Shown here: one piece after another, positions 41,321 to 51,025 of the stretch
How the letters are laid out: each line of letters opens with the position of its first letter
How positions within the stretch are numbered: the stretch's first letter is position 1
IMG/VR virus record: IMGVR_UViG_3300028131_000823
Span: 62,001-126,000 of that record
Strand: one strand, 5' to 3'
DNA length: 64,000 nucleotides
Program-made: the position numbers and the translations under genes
Notes under the pieces: generated by a model
The model's database searches: none
What the model was told of the DNA's origin: nothing
The model's input: only the letters and a program-made list of their open reading frames with translations

Positions 41321-41875
41321 ATGGCATTACCACATTATTCAAACGATCAAACTAGTAAGAAGGGTAAGAATTTCGAACCAGTATTAGCTAATATGTTTGA
41401 GGTAACTATTCTTCCTCCAGCAGGCGTTGGTGGCCAAGAACAGTTAATTCAACATGTAAATTCAATTAGTGGTTTAGAACTTCATAAAGAATTAGGAGTT
41501 GTAGATCAAAAATTTAAATGGTCAACTAGATCTTATTCTGGTATTCCTGCTGATTCATTCTTAGATGTTACTGTGAATTTTTCATTAAACTTAAACGATG
41601 CAAATCAAATGTATCTATATAAAACAATGAGAGATTGGTACAGATTAGCATACAATCCAGAAACTGGTGAAGTTGGTCTTAAAAAAGACTATGTAGGAAC
41701 ATTAGTTATAGTACAATTTAACAGAGCAGGTGATATTTATAGAAAAATCACATGTGAAGATTGTTTTATTACTTCAGGTCTTAACCCAAATGCAGAATTA
41801 AATTATGAAACTGCAGATGCTCAAGCATTAGATGTTACTTGGAGAGTTAACACATGGGCTGAGGAATTAGTTTAA
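41321..41875 (+). CDS. Tail tube protein (gp19)
   Basis: NMFEVTI, MRDWYRL, YVGTLVIVQFNRAG; follows the sheath gene. Confidence 0.85.
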   Translation: MALPHYSNDQTSKKGKNFEPVLANMFEVTILPPAGVGGQEQLIQHVNSISGLELHKELGVVDQKFKWSTRSYSGIPADSFLDVTVNFSLNLNDANQMYLYKTMRDWYRLAYNPETGEVGLKKDYVGTLVIVQFNRAGDIYRKITCEDCFITSGLNPNAELNYETADAQALDVTWRVNTWAEELV

Positions 41876-41896
41876 AAAAAATTAGAGTTTAAAATT

Positions 41897-41926
41897 TAGA
41901 GAAGATGTAAGTCTTCTCTATTTTTT
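41897..41926 (+). terminator. Rho-independent terminator
   Basis: TAGAGAAGA...TCTTCTCTA followed by a T-run. Confidence 0.75.
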
Positions 41927-41958
41927 GCTTGGTAAAAATATTATATTATTATAATAAT

Positions 41959-42153
41959 ATGTCAAAGGAAGACTACATAGTAAACAAATTAATTAAAAAA
42001 ATTCAAGTGCTTTTAACAGAACCTGAGTTTGAAGAATTAAATCACATTATATTAAGTAAGGCAATGGCTGAAAAACAAAGGCCTAAATCTGTTAGTGCTT
42101 TTGTAAGAGATTTAATACAGAAAGAAATTAAAAAAAATTCTGAAACAAAATAA
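41959..42153 (+). CDS. Possible ribbon-helix-helix protein
   Basis: KIQVLLT strand, helix, then SVSAFVRDLIQKEI. Confidence 0.45.
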   Translation: MSKEDYIVNKLIKKIQVLLTEPEFEELNHIILSKAMAEKQRPKSVSAFVRDLIQKEIKKNSETK

Positions 42154-42186
42154 AAAACAATTATATAATCTAACAAACACATCAAC

Positions 42187-43191
42187 ATGAGTGAAGACAA
42201 TAAAGATTTTGATAAGTTCTTAAATAAGAAAGAACAAGAAGGAGGAGCATTTGAAAATACTTCTCAAGAATCTACAAATAAAGAAAATGTAGAAACAGTT
42301 GATCCTATTGAGGATACGATAAATAAACAAGGATTAGGCTCAGTAAATATGTCTAAATTTGGAAAGCAAAATGCTGAAAGTTCAAACTTTCATTTAGGCT
42401 ATCATTCAGTTGATATGGAAACTCTTTTTTCTAGAGGACGTTTCTATCCACAAGATACTAAAATTTCTATTAGATCAGCAAAGGTTGCTGAAATTAGACA
42501 TTTTTCAACAATGAATGAAAATAGTCTTTTAGATATCGAAGAAAAATTAAACGGTATTGTTAAAGCGTGTATGAGAATTGAAGCTCCTAATAAAAAACTT
42601 TCTTATAAAGATCTTTTAGAAGAAGATAGAATAGCAATTCTTTTACAAATTAGAGATTTATCATTTCCAGAAGCTGAAAATAAATTAATGTTAAAGGCTG
42701 AAAATAGTTATGGAACAACTAAAGATGTTGAATTAGCCACAAGAAACTTTATTACTACTGAAATTCCAGCAGAAATTGAAAAGTATTATGATGCAGTTGC
42801 AAGATGTTTTAGAATCCAAACTAAAAGTTCAGGTGAAATCTTAATGAAGCCACCATGCATTGGCGTAATGGAAGAAGTTACAAAATATATTAAAGAACAG
42901 CAAGAAAAAAAGAAAAGATGGGATCAAGCATTTATTCAAATCTTACCATATATTCAACTTGATTGGAGAGGATTTAATCAAACAGAAATATTTAATTCTG
43001 AGGTTGCATTCCAAGGATGGAACGAAAAGAAATACATGGTAACATATAGACTTGCAGAGAAAATGAAAATAGGTGCAGAGCCTGAAATGTTAGTAGACGT
43101 AGATGGAGAAGACGTTAGTGTCCCTCTTCAGTTCCCAGGTGGAATCAAAAGTCTTTTCATTATTTCAGATCTCGCTGGAGAACTTCTTTAA
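42187..43191 (+). CDS. Baseplate hub / tail assembly chaperone (gp26-like)
   Basis: LFSRGRFYP, IRSAKVAE, DRIAILLQIR; lies before the tape measure gene. Confidence 0.7.
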   Translation: MSEDNKDFDKFLNKKEQEGGAFENTSQESTNKENVETVDPIEDTINKQGLGSVNMSKFGKQNAESSNFHLGYHSVDMETLFSRGRFYPQDTKISIRSAKVAEIRHFSTMNENSLLDIEEKLNGIVKACMRIEAPNKKLSYKDLLEEDRIAILLQIRDLSFPEAENKLMLKAENSYGTTKDVELATRNFITTEIPAEIEKYYDAVARCFRIQTKSSGEILMKPPCIGVMEEVTKYIKEQQEKKKRWDQAFIQILPYIQLDWRGFNQTEIFNSEVAFQGWNEKKYMVTYRLAEKMKIGAEPEMLVDVDGEDVSVPLQFPGGIKSLFIISDLAGELL

Positions 43192-43432
43192 GACTAAATT
43201 CTATCTGGGGTTTCATTTACATCTCCAGCCTAGCGAAATAGATAATCTCGAGTATTATGAGTATTTCTATTATGTTCAAAACCTTTCTGATCATTTGAAA
43301 AAACAAAACAAATCAGAAAGCGAACAAAATGAACAAGCGCAAGAACAATATGGTAATTATAAGCAGAAGATGCCTAATATGAACCAATATAAATCTCCTA
43401 AGATGCCAAGCATTAAGATGCCAAAAATCTGA
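43103..43432 (+). CDS. gp51-like C-terminal chaperone segment, probably made by frameshift from the upstream ORF
   Basis: SLENFFKTKFYL..HLHLQPSEIDNLEYYE resembles T4-like gp51; overlaps the upstream ORF in the +1 frame. Confidence 0.6.
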   Translation: MEKTLVSLFSSQVESKVFSLFQISLENFFKTKFYLGFHLHLQPSEIDNLEYYEYFYYVQNLSDHLKKQNKSESEQNEQAQEQYGNYKQKMPNMNQYKSPKMPSIKMPKI

Positions 43433-43462
43433 GATATATAAAGAAAAAACAGTGTTAAACAT

Positions 43463-46400
43463 TTGAGCGCTTTTAAATCTCCATTTGAAAAATTAAGCTA
43501 CGAAGCACAAAGGGAAATTGCAGATTCTGTACAACCTGGAGGTGCAATGTATGATCTTTTAGAAGACATTGCAGATAATATTAATCAATTAAATGCTAGA
43601 GAATCTGAGGTCAAAAGAGTATCTCTTTTTGGTGGACTAACTATCAAAGAGGCTTTAGCATGGAAATTTTTAGGAGAAAAAGGACTTAAAGCAATAGGCG
43701 AAGGATTTGGGGCAATAGCAGATGTTATTGACGGTATGAAAACCGGGGGTGATGAAGCAAAGGAAAAGATGGAGGCAATTGCTTCAGGATTAGAAGCAAT
43801 AAAAGGACTTGGAAAAGCCATCTTTGAATTTGCAGGATATTTATTACTAGCAACGCCGTTACTAATGATAGGAGTATTAGCGGCTCCATTATTTGCACTT
43901 AGTTTATTTATAATAACAATGGCACTGTCATTTGCAGCAAAGCCTTTAGCAGATAAACAGACTCAAGAGGCTTTAGTAGCTATGGGAGATATTGGAATGG
44001 GCTTGCTAAAACTAGGAGGAAGTCTTCTTGTTTTTGCATTAATTTCTCCATTTGCAATAATAGGAGTAATAGCAGCATTTATAGTTATATCAACACTTGG
44101 GCTAGCCTTCAAAGTACTAGATGCACTTGGAATTACAGATGACATGGAAAAAATGGCAAAAGCACTTGCAATGACAGGATTAGCAATATTATCATTAGGG
44201 GTTTCATTAGCTCTTTTTAGATTAATGCATCCTTCAGAAATGGAGCTTTTAAAACTATCAGTAGCGGTAGGACTTACTATAATTGGATTTGCATTAGCCT
44301 TTGGAATTATTGGCATATTTAAAGACGAAATAATGGACGGTGCGTATGCATTAATGCTTACTGGACTAGCAATAGTAGTCTTAGGACTTTCTATGTACTT
44401 ATTTAATATGGCTCTTCAAGGAATTGATGATAAATGGGAATTTTTACTTCAACTAGGTATTACACTAGGTGGATTAGGACTTGTAATGTTTGTCATAGGA
44501 AAGGATGCAGAAGGTGTTGCAATGGGAGCAGGTGCAATGATAGTTGCAGGAATAGCAATAATAGCAATAGCAATAGGGGTTAAAATATTTTCATCTGCTA
44601 TAGAAGGCTTAGATAGTCCATGGGAATTTTTAGCACAGGTAGGAGTTACGGTTGCAGGGCTTGGTCTTGCGATGGCAGGTGCTGGTCTTATTGCGCCGAT
44701 GATTGCATTAGGTGCAGGAGCAATGATACTGGCAGGTGGAGCATTAATCGCCATAGCAATAGGCGTTAAATTAATGAGTAAAGTATTTGAGGGAAATGCA
44801 TGGGCAAACATGGTAGCAGATTCAGGAAGAGTAACTGAATCAACACTTGGATTTGGAGGAGGCAGACCAATGAGTAATTTAGAAGTACTAATGACTGCAA
44901 TTGGCTATTCATTTATGTGGAATCCATTTCAAGCTATTGGTATAGCAGGAGGTGCAGGTGCAATGCTATTAGCAGGTGCAGCAATGGTCTCAATAGGTAA
45001 AGGAATTGAAAAATTTCAAGGGTTAAGCATCGACTATGATACTTTTCCAGATCAACTTAGCACACTTACAAATACACTAGCTGAAACATTTGGTAAAATA
45101 GGTGAAGATTATGGTGGAGCTGGTTTATTTGGTTTAGGTGGAGGACTTGTTTATCAAGGAATTCAAAGTGTAATGGGAATGGGTAACGCTCTTAGTAGTA
45201 TTGCATATGGAATGTCAAAAATGGCTAAATTAGAATTTCCAACATATAACCCAGATGGAAGTGTCAAAGAAATTATTACATTGAATAGTGGTACTATGAA
45301 AACTATTAATGAAAATGTAGCAGATATGGTATCAAGTCTCGCAACCGCATTTGGAGACATAGGTAAAAAATACCCTTCTAAAAGTGCCGGAGGAGTTATG
45401 GGCTTTCTTGGATTTACAAAAGAAAACCCAGTTACGGCAGGTATTAGAGCAGTTAGTGGAATGGGAGGAGCAATTGGAGGAATTGCTAACGGAATGAAAG
45501 ATATGGCAGCTCTTAAATTTAATGTATATGGAGATCCAAGTAAACCTGAAAAAATTACAGAAATAATAGATTTAACTAAAGGCGATATGCTAAAAAAGGT
45601 AGGAGATAATATAATGAAATTAGTCTCTACGCTGGTTGATGGATTTGCAGCCATAGGAAAGACTTATAAAGATTGGAGAACAGCAGGAGATGCTGCAAGA
45701 GGACTTTCACTTGCACAGGAGATGGGACCTATACTTGGAGATATTGTTCAATCAATGTCTGAGTTTGCAAAAGGAGGAATGGAAGAAGTGCCTAAGAAAA
45801 TAAATGAATTTTTAGTAGAATTTGCAAAAAACTTACAAGAACTTGCAAAGGTAGATGGCAGTGCCGTTAAGTCAGTAGGAAATGGAATTGAATGGTTTTT
45901 TGATGCATTTCAAGATGAACAAGAAGGTATAGATGTAATGATAGCAATGGGCAAAGAAGCAGATGCATTAAATAATGTATCTTCATTCATAGAAAAAATA
46001 GGAGCAGTTCCAGCAACTATTACTAAAACTGCAGATGCAATTAAAACAATGAGTATTTCCATGCCAAAAATGAGCCTTTTATTTTTAGGAGATGCAACAG
46101 ACTTTGTTGAAGAATCTGGTAAATTTGGAAATCACGTTATTGTAGGAAGGGCTATAAAGGATATTACAAATAGTATGGTAACTTTAGGTGAAGTAAACGT
46201 TGAAGGTTTTCCAACTATGTTAGACTTTATAGAAGATCTTGAAGACATTGATTTAAGCGATATTAAAAAAGATTTAAGACATGTTGCAAAATCTTATCAA
46301 ATGATAGGAGAAACAACAAATAGTTTAGATATTGAAGCAATCGTAGAAACTTCAAATATGTTTAAAGCTCTTGCGTATCTTTCTGAACAAGGAGGAGAAG

Positions 46401-46720
46401 ATGCAATCGAAGCACTCGGTGATGATTTAATAGAAGCAGTCGAAAAACTTGCATTAATGATAGCAGACTTTGGAGGAACAGTTGAAGAAGCAAGAGAAGG
46501 TAATCAATCATTTATAGATGGAGCAATAGACACTATTAAATCTGGAGCTAAAACTCTTTTCGGAGGAGGTTTTAGTTCAGGAGGAGGAAGTACATCGAAT
46601 TCACAAAGCACTGTTGTTAACAACACAGATCAATCTGCCCTTCTTGCTGAAATTAAAAGACTACAAAATATTTTAATGTCAGGTGAAGCTACATTCCAAG
46701 TAGAAAGTAACGCGTTTTAA
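43463..46720 (+). CDS. Tape measure protein
   Basis: 1085 aa, Ala/Gly/Leu-rich hydrophobic repeats; follows the chaperone; late motif at 43433. Confidence 0.8.
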   Translation: MSAFKSPFEKLSYEAQREIADSVQPGGAMYDLLEDIADNINQLNARESEVKRVSLFGGLTIKEALAWKFLGEKGLKAIGEGFGAIADVIDGMKTGGDEAKEKMEAIASGLEAIKGLGKAIFEFAGYLLLATPLLMIGVLAAPLFALSLFIITMALSFAAKPLADKQTQEALVAMGDIGMGLLKLGGSLLVFALISPFAIIGVIAAFIVISTLGLAFKVLDALGITDDMEKMAKALAMTGLAILSLGVSLALFRLMHPSEMELLKLSVAVGLTIIGFALAFGIIGIFKDEIMDGAYALMLTGLAIVVLGLSMYLFNMALQGIDDKWEFLLQLGITLGGLGLVMFVIGKDAEGVAMGAGAMIVAGIAIIAIAIGVKIFSSAIEGLDSPWEFLAQVGVTVAGLGLAMAGAGLIAPMIALGAGAMILAGGALIAIAIGVKLMSKVFEGNAWANMVADSGRVTESTLGFGGGRPMSNLEVLMTAIGYSFMWNPFQAIGIAGGAGAMLLAGAAMVSIGKGIEKFQGLSIDYDTFPDQLSTLTNTLAETFGKIGEDYGGAGLFGLGGGLVYQGIQSVMGMGNALSSIAYGMSKMAKLEFPTYNPDGSVKEIITLNSGTMKTINENVADMVSSLATAFGDIGKKYPSKSAGGVMGFLGFTKENPVTAGIRAVSGMGGAIGGIANGMKDMAALKFNVYGDPSKPEKITEIIDLTKGDMLKKVGDNIMKLVSTLVDGFAAIGKTYKDWRTAGDAARGLSLAQEMGPILGDIVQSMSEFAKGGMEEVPKKINEFLVEFAKNLQELAKVDGSAVKSVGNGIEWFFDAFQDEQEGIDVMIAMGKEADALNNVSSFIEKIGAVPATITKTADAIKTMSISMPKMSLLFLGDATDFVEESGKFGNHVIVGRAIKDITNSMVTLGEVNVEGFPTMLDFIEDLEDIDLSDIKKDLRHVAKSYQMIGETTNSLDIEAIVETSNMFKALAYLSEQGGEDAIEALGDDLIEAVEKLALMIADFGGTVEEAREGNQSFIDGAIDTIKSGAKTLFGGGFSSGGGSTSNSQSTVVNNTDQSALLAEIKRLQNILMSGEATFQVESNAF

Positions 46721-46749
46721 ACAAATTTCTTTTTTCATATATAAATAGT

Positions 46750-46974
46750 ATGAAAACAACAGAAACTACGTTTTATGAATCAAGTACAATTAAATGTTCA
46801 CAATATAATTTTAAAGATAAAATAATGTTAGTAACATTTAATTCAGGGATAACGTATCAATATGATAACGTCGATATTAAAACTTATGAAAAGTTCTCTA
46901 TGGCTGAATCACAAGGTAAGGCCCTAAACGAGCATATTAAAAATACAGAAATTAAAGCAACTAAAGTAGTATAA
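46750..46974 (+). CDS. KTSC domain protein
   Basis: ESSTI...Y......LVTFNSG..YQY..V....Y..F..AESQGK..N..IK. Confidence 0.85.
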   Translation: MKTTETTFYESSTIKCSQYNFKDKIMLVTFNSGITYQYDNVDIKTYEKFSMAESQGKALNEHIKNTEIKATKVV

Positions 46975-46994
46975 ATATTTAAATTAATAAAAAA

Positions 46995-47132
46995 ATGTCA
47001 AGAGTAAAAGCAGCAGGAAATGGAAATATAGACGGCATAAGCAAGAAAAGAAAAGGAGTTCATGCTAAGTCAAGTTCAAAAAATAAAAATTCAAAAAAAT
47101 ATAAAAAGCCTTATAGTAGAGGAGGAAGATAG
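46995..47132 (+). CDS. Small very basic protein (45 aa, not in ORF track)
   Basis: MSRVKAAG...KKRKGVHAKSSSKNKNSKKYKKPYSRGGR; stop abuts the next ATG. Confidence 0.65.
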   Translation: MSRVKAAGNGNIDGISKKRKGVHAKSSSKNKNSKKYKKPYSRGGR

Positions 47133-47984
47133 ATGAACGTTTTACAAAAATACATTACATATTGTGAAAAGAAAGGAATTGCTTTTCAAATGGATAATCA
47201 TGTAAGACCTTATGACGATACGACACTTTTTTGTCCAGCTGGCATGCAGCAGTTTAAAGATCGTTTTAAAAATCCAGATAATACTACAGTTGCAAATGTT
47301 CAATCCTGTTTAAGACTACAAGACATTGACGAGATAGGAGATGGAAGCCATCTTTTATACTTTAACATGTTAGGTCTTTTTAGTTTTGGAGAAATGACAG
47401 TTAACCAAGCCGTTGAATTTTGGATGGAATTTGTACAAGAAGAACTTAAAATCCAAGTAGACTGTGCAACAATTCATTCTGATAAGTTTGATAATTGGAA
47501 ATGGATGTATGATATTTATAAAACTCCATTAAAATTAGACGATGAATGTATTTGGACTGATGGAGAAATGGGAGGTTATTGTACAGAGTTTTACCATAAA
47601 GGAATAGAAATAGGTAATATAGTAAATACGTCAGATAAATTTATAGATGTCGGGTTTGGACTTGAAAGACTTGAGGCTATAGTTAATGGCACTGAGGTAA
47701 AGAGTGCAAACGAGACACTTGAAGAGACTATTTTAAAGATAGCAGATTCTGGTTATAAGCCAGGTCCACAGAAACAAGGATATGTACTTCGTAAACTTCT
47801 TAGAATCTTATACAATAATAATGGTTATATGGATCATCCATTTTTTAAGAGGGAAGTTGAAAGACAAGAAAAAACAAAACTTAGGTATCTTAGACTTAAG
47901 GAAAAGCACCAAGATAAAGATAAAGAATGGTGGTTTGATACACATGGTATCGATATTGATGAAATGAACGAATTAGGACTATGA
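47133..47984 (+). CDS. alaS: Compact alanyl-tRNA synthetase (catalytic core and tRNA-recognition helices only)
   Basis: TLFCPAGMQQFK, QSCLR, FNMLGLFSFG, IWT.GE.GG.CTEFY, IEIGNIV, IDVGFGLERL, QGYVLRKLLR, FDTHG. Confidence 0.85.
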   Translation: MNVLQKYITYCEKKGIAFQMDNHVRPYDDTTLFCPAGMQQFKDRFKNPDNTTVANVQSCLRLQDIDEIGDGSHLLYFNMLGLFSFGEMTVNQAVEFWMEFVQEELKIQVDCATIHSDKFDNWKWMYDIYKTPLKLDDECIWTDGEMGGYCTEFYHKGIEIGNIVNTSDKFIDVGFGLERLEAIVNGTEVKSANETLEETILKIADSGYKPGPQKQGYVLRKLLRILYNNNGYMDHPFFKREVERQEKTKLRYLRLKEKHQDKDKEWWFDTHGIDIDEMNELGL

Positions 47985-48529
47985 CGATAAAAGAATCTTA
48001 TATAAAGGGTTTATTTGAAATAGTTCCTCAAACATTTAAAGATGATAGAGGAGAATTTGTAGAAACTTATAATGAGGAAAAATTAAAAGACATTATTCCA
48101 TATCAATTTGTACAAGACAATCAAAGTATTTCTAAAAAAGGAGTCTTTAGAGGCATTCATATGCAAATGGGAGATTGGGCTCAAGGTAAACTTGTAAGAG
48201 TTTCAAGCGGTGCAGCCATTGATTATGCTGTAGATCTTAGACCAGATTCTGCGACTTTTGGTCAATGGGATAGTGTAATGTTAACACCTGAAGCAAATAA
48301 TCAATATTGGGTTCCACCTGGATTTGGACATGCATTTTTAGCATTAGAAGATAATACAACATTTTGTTATAAATGTACTAATTTATATAATAAGGAAAGT
48401 GAAGAATGTATAAAGTGGAACGATAGTGATATTTATTTAGAATTTTTACATTATAATGGAGACATATTAGTTTCTGAAAAAGACGAACAAGGAATTACAC
48501 TAAAAGAATTTAAAAACAAACATTGTTAA
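47981..48529 (+). CDS. rmlC: dTDP-4-dehydrorhamnose 3,5-epimerase
   Basis: DDRGEF.E, FVQDNQS.S..GVFRGIH, QGKLVRV, VDLR..S.TFGQW, GFGHAF. Confidence 0.92.
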   Translation: MTIKESYIKGLFEIVPQTFKDDRGEFVETYNEEKLKDIIPYQFVQDNQSISKKGVFRGIHMQMGDWAQGKLVRVSSGAAIDYAVDLRPDSATFGQWDSVMLTPEANNQYWVPPGFGHAFLALEDNTTFCYKCTNLYNKESEECIKWNDSDIYLEFLHYNGDILVSEKDEQGITLKEFKNKHC

Positions 48530-48574
48530 GCCCTTAATATTTAGATATATAAATAAAGTAAAGAAAACAACATT

Positions 48575-49246
48575 ATGAAATATACTAAATTATTTGAAGA
48601 ATTTGTAAATGAAGCTAAATTCTCATTCGGGAAAAAAGGAATTATGCAAAGAGCTCAGGAAATCCTAGACATGGCCAAAGATTCTAAAGATTTAGGCTTT
48701 ATAGAAAAAATAGCAAATAGCGGTAATTTACCAGATTATAATCAACATGTAAATATTAATGTTGAAAAACCAGATCAATATAAAATATTACAAGGAAGCA
48801 ACGCATTGTTATTAGCAAAGGAAATTAAAAAAGTTATTAAAAAATATAAAAAACACGAGGTTGTCGATGAAATGAGAGGACGTTTAGTATCTAAAGACGG
48901 AAAAGTCCTTCATGAATTTAAACCAGATGGAAAAATCCTAGGAGTTGCAAATAGACATGCCATGAATTTACCATTCTTTTCCGCCGATACTAATGAACCA
49001 TCATTTATAATTGGAGTAAACTGCGGTGATAGAATTAATAATAGCATTAAGGAAAAAATGTTTAATGAGGTCTATCAGTTATTATTTGTATTTAACGAGT
49101 CTAACAATATTGATAGAGGTGTAAGTATAGAGGTTATCTCATATGATGATGACCACAGTATTATTGGATTGGCTGTAAGAAGTAAAGATAATTTAATTAG
49201 TGGTTCTGCTGCAATGACGGCAAAATCGATAATGGAAGTAAAGTAA
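48575..49246 (+). CDS. Putative head internal protein
   Basis: Late motif at 48544; leader MKYTKLFEEFVNE. Confidence 0.6.
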   Translation: MKYTKLFEEFVNEAKFSFGKKGIMQRAQEILDMAKDSKDLGFIEKIANSGNLPDYNQHVNINVEKPDQYKILQGSNALLLAKEIKKVIKKYKKHEVVDEMRGRLVSKDGKVLHEFKPDGKILGVANRHAMNLPFFSADTNEPSFIIGVNCGDRINNSIKEKMFNEVYQLLFVFNESNNIDRGVSIEVISYDDDHSIIGLAVRSKDNLISGSAAMTAKSIMEVK

Positions 49247-49356
49247 ACTTAACATTTTTAAGATGAAAAAATACATTAACAAATACACACTAACATGGGC
49301 TGCATATCTGATAGCAGCATCTATTGCGCTTTACCTATTATACTGGTATGGGTAAA

Positions 49357-49443
49357 TTGTTCATAACTTTTTAAAAAAAGTGCTCTAAAATTTTCACGAG
49401 TCAAAGATTATAGTTATATTAGTATTATAATTAAAACTTAAAC
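49357..49443 (+). promoter_or_regulatory. Early promoter repeat, copy 3
   Basis: Conserved repeat core. Confidence 0.8.
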
Positions 49444-49446
49444 AAA

Positions 49447-49899
49447 ATGGAAATAATAGAAAATTTAAAACATGTAAGTAGCAACACTGTATTTGCTGGT
49501 ACTGTTACTCAAAAAGACAATAAAGGTAAACAATTAAAATTTACGGTTTCAAATCATTTAGAAGAAGGAGTTGAATACAAATTCAGATATACTTGTAAAT
49601 GTAGAGCTGGATTTTTAAATATCAATAACCAAACAGCTACGCCTGAACAATTTATCTCATCAACTTATGCTTTTTTAGATAATGTACAAGTTTTGAAAAA
49701 ATTCGATGACGGTACTGAACATTGGTTTAATGTATTAACTACTAAAGGTGGTAAATTTCACTCAATTGATAAAGCATTCTTAAACCACTTAAAAGTAACT
49801 CACATGCACAATGCTTGGAAAAAAATGGTTGACTATGATCTTTGGAAAAATATGAACACAAAAACCCATGCCAGTTACGCATATAAAATAAACAAATAA
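49447..49899 (+). CDS. Hypothetical early protein
   Basis: Follows the early repeat. Confidence 0.7.
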   Translation: MEIIENLKHVSSNTVFAGTVTQKDNKGKQLKFTVSNHLEEGVEYKFRYTCKCRAGFLNINNQTATPEQFISSTYAFLDNVQVLKKFDDGTEHWFNVLTTKGGKFHSIDKAFLNHLKVTHMHNAWKKMVDYDLWKNMNTKTHASYAYKINK

Positions 49900-50174
49900 T
49901 ATGTCGGATTTAATTGCAATAATCGGAGTAATCGCAGCAACTTATTTAATGGGTTGGCTACGAGGCTCTGAAACAGAAAGAACAAGAATTAGAAGAATGT
50001 TAAACTATACCATGGATGAATGGGAAGAACTGTTTAAAAAACACAAAGATGAGTAATGTAATAAATAATAATCTTTTGGAAAAGTTTTTTCAAAAGTATC
50101 TAGACTTAGGTTATACTGATAAAGAAGCAGAATTAAAAGCAAATAACGACTTTTGGGAAACTTTAAACGTTTAA

Positions 50175-50262
50175 TTGTTCATAACTTTTTGAAAAAAGTT
50201 GCCTCTAGATTTTTTTATGTCAAAGATTATAGTTATATTAGTATTATAATTAAAACTTAAAC
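50175..50262 (+). promoter_or_regulatory. Early promoter repeat, copy 4
   Basis: Conserved core with a variant -33 region. Confidence 0.75.
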
Positions 50263-50265
50263 AAA

Positions 50266-50451
50266 ATGAATAATATAGAAAAATTAGAGAAAAGCCTAAG
50301 TTTCCATACAGAAATGGGAAACATTGGTATGGTTAATACTCTTAAGCCACTGCTTATAAAAAAAATAAAAGATCTTCTTTTATTTAACATGGACATGGGA
50401 AATAAAGGTATGACTAGTATTCTTACTAACAAACTTAATAAACTTAAATAA
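50266..50451 (+). CDS. Small hypothetical early protein
   Basis: Follows the early repeat. Confidence 0.55.
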   Translation: MNNIEKLEKSLSFHTEMGNIGMVNTLKPLLIKKIKDLLLFNMDMGNKGMTSILTNKLNKLK

Positions 50452-50588
50452 TATGAATTGGAATAAAATAATAGATCAATTAGATGACAAGATGGATTAT
50501 ATGGGAGAATCAAAAATGATGCACAATAGATATTGGGTGCACAGAGCTGCCATGACAATGAAAAAATTAATTAATCACAAATTAACAC

Positions 50589-50972
50589 TTGAAAAAAATG
50601 GAAAATAAAATTAAAGCAGAATGGTATGAAGATATATTAGAAGCATTAGGTGCTGAAAATATAACAAGTAAAACTCAAAAGAAAAATGGTACTTCAATGT
50701 GGAGATTAAGAACCGGAGAAACTGTTGCAGAATATTCTAGTGGATATGTTAGAAAAATAATATATGCTAATCATTATAATGGCAAAAGGTTTCAATATAC
50801 TTGTTGGCAACTAAACCCAACTGAAACTTATGAAAAATCTTATACAAGTCCATTTAATGGAGAGACTTATAATCATACAGGTAAAGATAGAATTATGCTT
50901 TGCACAAGAGAAGAAAGAATGGAAAAACTTGTAAATTATGCAACTAAAAAAATGTTAAAAAAAGTTGCCTAA
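50589..50972 (+). CDS. Hypothetical protein
   Basis: ORF in the early cluster; true start may be the downstream ATG. Confidence 0.6.
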   Translation: MKKMENKIKAEWYEDILEALGAENITSKTQKKNGTSMWRLRTGETVAEYSSGYVRKIIYANHYNGKRFQYTCWQLNPTETYEKSYTSPFNGETYNHTGKDRIMLCTREERMEKLVNYATKKMLKKVA

Positions 50973-51025
50973 AAATTTTCACGGGTCAAAGATTATAGTT
51001 ATATTAGTATTATAAATTTAAAACG
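50958..51025 (+). promoter_or_regulatory. Early promoter repeat, copy 5
   Basis: Conserved core. Confidence 0.8.
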
